Shown here piece after piece: positions 57,859 through 64,000 of a stretch of DNA of 64,000 nt. Where the stretch lies: assembly GCF_009914755.1 (NCBI RefSeq), contig NC_060941.1, one strand, 5' to 3'. The notes under the pieces were generated by a model. That model was given only the letters and a program-made list of their open reading frames with translations, had not been told where the DNA came from and made no database searches. Source of the DNA: the human T2T-CHM13v2.0 reference genome, Homo sapiens. A program made the position numbers and the translations under genes. Within the stretch, counting starts at the first letter, position 1. Each line of letters starts with the position of its first letter.

Positions 57859-60800
57859 TGATAGAGACAGGAGACAGCCAAATGCCACCCAGGTCATTGA
57901 GCACAAAAGATGTTCTACTATGCCAGGACCCCAGTTATCACTGTTCATATTCTCTGTATCACTGTTTATATTCTCTGTAAAGTTTTGATTATGAAAAGGG
58001 ATTTATGAGGTTAGTCTTAAGATGTAGCCAATCTGGTGTGCTTTGCATGTCTTTCTGTATGGTTCTGCCAGAAAGAGGGGTACCTTAGGTTGGGGCGCCA
58101 GCCTAGGACTCCATGTTCCTACTGTTTAAGCCAGCCTGGCAGACTGATCAGTAGCAAATTTTGCTGCAGCCCTCTATCTTGTTTTATGTCCTTGGGAGAA
58201 CCACGTGGCAGTGCTTTGTTTTAGCCTCCACCATTTTACAAAGGCAGCCTGGGTTCAATCTTGGCTTAGGGAATGAGTTCTTTCTAGTTAGATATCTTTG
58301 TGACCTTTGCCATTTCTTGATTCTCTTCCCCTCCATGAACTGCCTTGAACTTTTCTTTCTCTGAGCACCTGGAAGCTTACCTTTGTAAAATTTGAAAGAT
58401 GGAAATATTGGCTACTTGGTGCAGCTAAAGTTGGGTAATAAGGGATTTAAAAGGATTTTCTTAAAGAGTGCTCAGCTTAATTAAAAGTGGATATCCAACC
58501 TATAGGTATATTTAAAAGGCCTTTATGTTTTTCTCTTCTTGGATCTTGTTTTGCTGGAAAAATGTTTTTTCTCAGTTGACTGAACTCTTTCTCCATTTTG
58601 TCTTTCTACTCTTAATGCATGCATAAGGGACCCTAAGATAATTTCTGATGGCCTGGGACTGCTTGGGAAAAACAGAAAAGATGCCATGGATTCCATTTTG
58701 GAAGAGATCTCTGTTTTCCTCATGGACCTCCTGGAATTAAAGGTGGTCCATGCTCTCAAAATGTTTTTGTCTTCCAGCTATACCTGTTTATTAGGCCCTA
58801 GAAACTGCATGTTTTCTTAGCCTTGCTCTTAAAGGGCTGAACCCAGACGTGCTAATTGGTCCTAATAGTCCAATTAGGAGATTGGCAAATGAAAAATCTT
58901 ATAGTTGCTGAATCTTCTGCCTATGTAGTTATATATGTGTTGCATGTGTGACATTAATAAAAAAAGACCTCTAATTAATTGACTTAAAGAAGGATAAATG
59001 CTTGGATCAAATATTTTTTTAAAGGAAGATAAAAGCTGTGGTACCTTTTGGTTCATATGACTTTAATATTTGATAAATAAAAACAGCCTTAAAGATTATT
59101 GGTAAAATGCAGATGTCATCAAAATGCAAATTTGTGCCTAGGGTTAAAGGATTGCTTTGAATTAGATGAGATAAAGCTAAAAGTTTAAACAAGTTGTGGA
59201 TGGATTGTAAAAATTAATCTTGCAAAAGAAATTCCATGTGTGAACATACTGACAAAATAGCTTTTCCATAAATTGAGCATTGAAATAAAAGCACAACAAG
59301 GTTCTTCTAAGGCACCAATCTGCTGTTTAGCAAAATGTGTAAAGAGTTATAAAAGGTTTTTGCTTTTTTAAAATTTCTGAGTCATCATTTTGGCAAAATG
59401 AATAATTTATGGTAATCTGGAATTCTATTTCATAGCATCAAGTGTTTTAAACCTCTTACATACTTAACAGACTTCCCCAAATCAAACTTCAGTTTCAAAA
59501 ATTGCCTTTTTTGATTCCTACCTTTTGGATGCTACAGAGGGCCCTTGGCTTCTCCAGAATTTGGTAACTAGTTATGAGCGTTCTTAACTTATGGCAATAT
59601 AGTTGTTTGCATTAGTGCAATAAGAATCTATTTTCTTTTGCAACAGGATGCAATTAGAGAAACTGGTTGTTCTCCCAAGGCTTTGACTGGAAAGGTATGC
59701 TTCCCTTTAAGGAGTTAAACTTGACTTGCAGAGCCAATAAAAGCCATTTGGGAAAACTGGCCTCATACCTTGTCTACACAGTCTCTGTACAGGGTTCCTA
59801 ACCTGTGGTGAATAAAGAATCTCACTTTCTAACAGGCCCAGGAACCCCTTGCTCTTGGGACCTCAAGAAGAGAGGAGTTTACCCATCTCACAGGTATTTG
59901 AGGATACAAACCCATGGCTGGGCTCAGCTTTAGAAAGTCCTATCTGAGATTCCTTGTGGAACAGAGTTCCATCAAAGCCAATCTAAAATGCCTATGTAAA
60001 AATAATTATTCTTTCTGCACTTTATGCATATAATCAGGTCAAGTATAAGACTGAAGGCTATTTTGCAAACAACTCAGTCCTATCACGATTTGTTTTTAAC
60101 AAAAATGAGGGCTGAAGAGAAAGAAATTATGTTTCAAAACTTAAATGTTTGCCATTAAATCCTAAACTCATTAGTTTTTAAGTTTTTTGCCTACATTTTA
60201 GACTAACCCTGAATATTCATGTGAATCAACCAGTGATCTCTGACTGCAGCTCAGGAGGAACAAAAGGGATGGGTAATTTAAAAATCTTGATTAATATTCT
60301 AGTTCTGAGCAATTATCCTAAAATCCTGCTGGATGAAGGAAATAAATAGATGTCGATCACCCAGAGATTTTTTTTTTTTTTTTGGGAAACTAAGACCAAG
60401 GGAACTAACTGAAGTCAAGCCTCATGCATCCACATCTTAGCAAGTGTAACTACAGCCACCAGTTATCTGGGCATGTCACGGGACATCCTGTTCTCTCCCT
60501 TTTTGGAGGCAGACTGAATTCCACAACTTCATCTTAGCATTTGGCCTATGATAAGAAGTCTATGTAACCTCCCCAAGACACATTTTTGTCCCAATTTCAA
60601 GCTTTGGGTGGAAGCTGTGGGAAAGAAAACTGGAGGTGAGGGATCCAGAGGCAGACAATAACAGAAGTTAAAAGGCACAGTACAGGTGAGCATGACTAAT
60701 TCCTGCTGATTAAGCCAAGCCTCCCATTTCATTGATAAAGATCATGCTAATATCCATGGAATAAATTAGGTCTAGGGAACTCGAAGGTTACTGACAGCAG

Positions 60801-61615
60801 GGGAGATAGGACATACATGGGTAAGATGGACAGTCCCACCCTCTACACCCTCTAAGCCCCCCTGTTAACATGGGTGAAACCCGCTTTGACACCCATGGAT
60901 GGCACCCTGTCATGCTTGCTGGGACTCAGGGATATAAGGGCAGAAGAAAGAAAGAGGGACCCCTCACTTTCTCTCCCTCATGTATCTCAGGTATTTGCTA
61001 GGAAGAAAAAGGAAACAGGGATGCCTGATCCCCTCTTTCTAGATGAGTAGCCATTCATCTTCAGTCTGTACTCCTTTCAAATGCATCTGGAACCCCTGGG
61101 ACTCCTTTGAAAAAATGCCTTCTTTTTTTTCTTTTTCCTCCTCTGTCTTGTCTTCACTGATAGGTAATTGTGTCTCCATACTATAGGACACTCCCCTCAG
61201 ATGCATTCTCCAAACTGGGGAAAGTTAATTTCCCAAACCTTAAACTGGTTGGTTTAGGATTGGGTTCCTAAGGGAAACCAGATTTTTTTTTTTCCTGTCA
61301 GGCTTTTGGCCTCCCTCTCCCTGTGCCAGTTGGTAAAAGGTCTTGGGATTTTTCAGCTGTCCTTACTCCACCCTTGTTTCATTTTGATACATGTTTTCTA
61401 ATAACCTGGTTGGTTTCTTCTCGCCTTCAGTCCATCAAACTCTAAACTGTCATGCAACCGGAGCTTCGGATGATGGCCTCTTTTGCCGGGGACTCTTAAA
61501 TAGTCCTCTGAGGGAGATCTGACTGCTGTTTTCCCAAAACAGCACCATCTGCTAGTAGGAAGCAGTTAAGATCGGTCTTCATCCTTATCCTTATTCTAAT
61601 GGCAGTTAGATGCAC

Positions 61616-62718
<1,103 letters not shown>

Positions 62719-63148
62719 TAGAGCAGGGAATGATAGATACGAGAGACAGCCAAATGCCAACCAGTCATTGTGCACAGGGGGCTTGCCCAAACATGTCCAA
62801 AGTGAAAATTCCATCCCTTAACACATGTGCAGGAAGGGAAATAAGTTAATGTGGAGTGGCTCAGACTGAGGACCCACCTGTGCACTGGGAGAATGGGTTG
62901 GAGCCACAAGGAATTCATATCTTATGTAAGGGGGAGGAGCCTGGCCTCTCCAGCTTGTGTGTGGTGGTCTGGTATTGAATCAGTGATGTGGAAGCCTGTT
63001 GGCAGGATGCCCTTTTTTTCACTGAAAGCTTTCTTTTAATAAATTCCCTTCTCCTCACCTTTTAATGTGTCCATGTGCCTAATTTTTCCTGGTCGTGAGA
63101 CAAGAACCCAGATTTTAGCTGACCTAAGGAGCAAAAAATCCTGTATCA

Positions 63149-63715
63149 GTATAGAATAAATCTTAATGTCCATCAATGGATAAATGGATTAAAAATGTGG
63201 TATATAGACACAAAGGAATACTATTCAGCTGTAAAAAGAATGAAATCCTGTCATTTGTTACAACATGAATGAACCTAGAGGATATTATGTTAAGTGAAAT
63301 GAGCCAAGCACAGAAGGATAAATACCATGTGATCTCACTTATATGTGAAACCTAAAGAAGTCAATCTCATAGAAGTAGAGTGGAATAGTGGTTACCAGGG
63401 GCTTGGGAGAGTAGGGGCAGAGGAACGAAGAGAGGCTGGTCAATGGGTACAAAGTTACAACTAGATAGGAAGAATATGTTCTGGCATTCTATTGCGCAGT
63501 AGTGTCACTACGGCTAACAAGAATGTGTTGTATATTTCAAAATAGCTGGAAGAGCAGATTTTGTGTATTCCTAACACAAAGAAATGATAAATATTTCAGG
63601 TGATGAATATGTTAATTACTTAGATTTGATCATTATACATTGTATATGTATCAAAATGTTATTCCATTCCTCATAAATACGTACAATTATTATGTGTTAA
63701 TTAAAAAAATAAAAC
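63149..63715 (+). mobile_element. L1MA (4-6-like) 3' part, continuation of 57330-57858
   Basis: AATGTCCATCAATGGATAAATGG...GGGTACAAAGTTAC...TACAATTATTATGTGTTAATTAAAAAAATAAAA. Confidence 0.9.
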
Positions 63716-63764
63716 CTTTTTTATTTTATTTTTTAATTACTGGGGAATGTATATATATTTGCCA

Positions 63765-64000
63765 CTTTCAAACTCTGTCTGGAATTCACCTTATTCTTAC
63801 CACCCTCATTGTGGCCACTCAGGTCCAAATCCCCCTCATCTTTTACCGGGGTCACAGAGATAGTCTCCAGAGGGTCACTGCTTCTACCTTTTCACTCCAC
63901 TGTTTGTTGTCAACAACGCAGTCAGGATGTCCTTAAAAGAAAAATCAGATTCTGTCCCTCTTGTGCCCTCTGAAGTCTTCCTACTTTCTTCCAAGTAAGA
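63765..64000 (+). mobile_element. L2 fragment
   Basis: CTGGAATTCACCTTATTCTTACCACC...CAGGTCCAAATCCCCCTCATC...AAATCAGATTCTGTCCCTC. Confidence 0.6.

Noticed and set aside
60600-61600. Apparent strand switch inside the ERV internal region (shift to purine-rich text)
   Set aside because: As I recall MER4-group internal consensus sequences, this text is contiguous, and no junction signature is visible.

Overview
Primate, very likely human, non-coding DNA; the species call rests on an AluYa5-like insertion. No protein-coding gene, rRNA/tRNA gene or CRISPR array is supported. Roughly half to two-thirds of the window (estimated by eye) is interspersed repeat: about 22 Alus of J, S and Y ages, L1 fragments of many ages, a two-LTR THE1 MaLR provirus, solo MLT/MST LTRs, a MER4-group ERV1, MIR and L2 relics, and DNA transposons (MER58, MER81, MER5, Tigger2). 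The listed ORFs are repeat-derived (Alu, L1 ORF2, THE1-int), low-complexity or chance ORFs. I found no convincing new biological system. The best leads are mechanistic: (1) an AluSp whose target-site duplication (TSD) encloses an extra 19-nt segment ending in TTTT plus a second poly(A), a candidate Alu 3' transduction; (2) a 58-bp unique segment plus microsatellite copied 1,076 bp away; (3) a three-layer nest of L1MA > ERV1 > twin-primed inverted L1PA with no TSD; (4) a young, 5'-truncated AluYa5-like insertion; (5) a run of good splice signals at 42.3-42.9 kb that may mark lncRNA exons. Subfamily names come from recalled consensus motifs and need RepeatMasker/Dfam confirmation. Boundaries of old elements are approximate.
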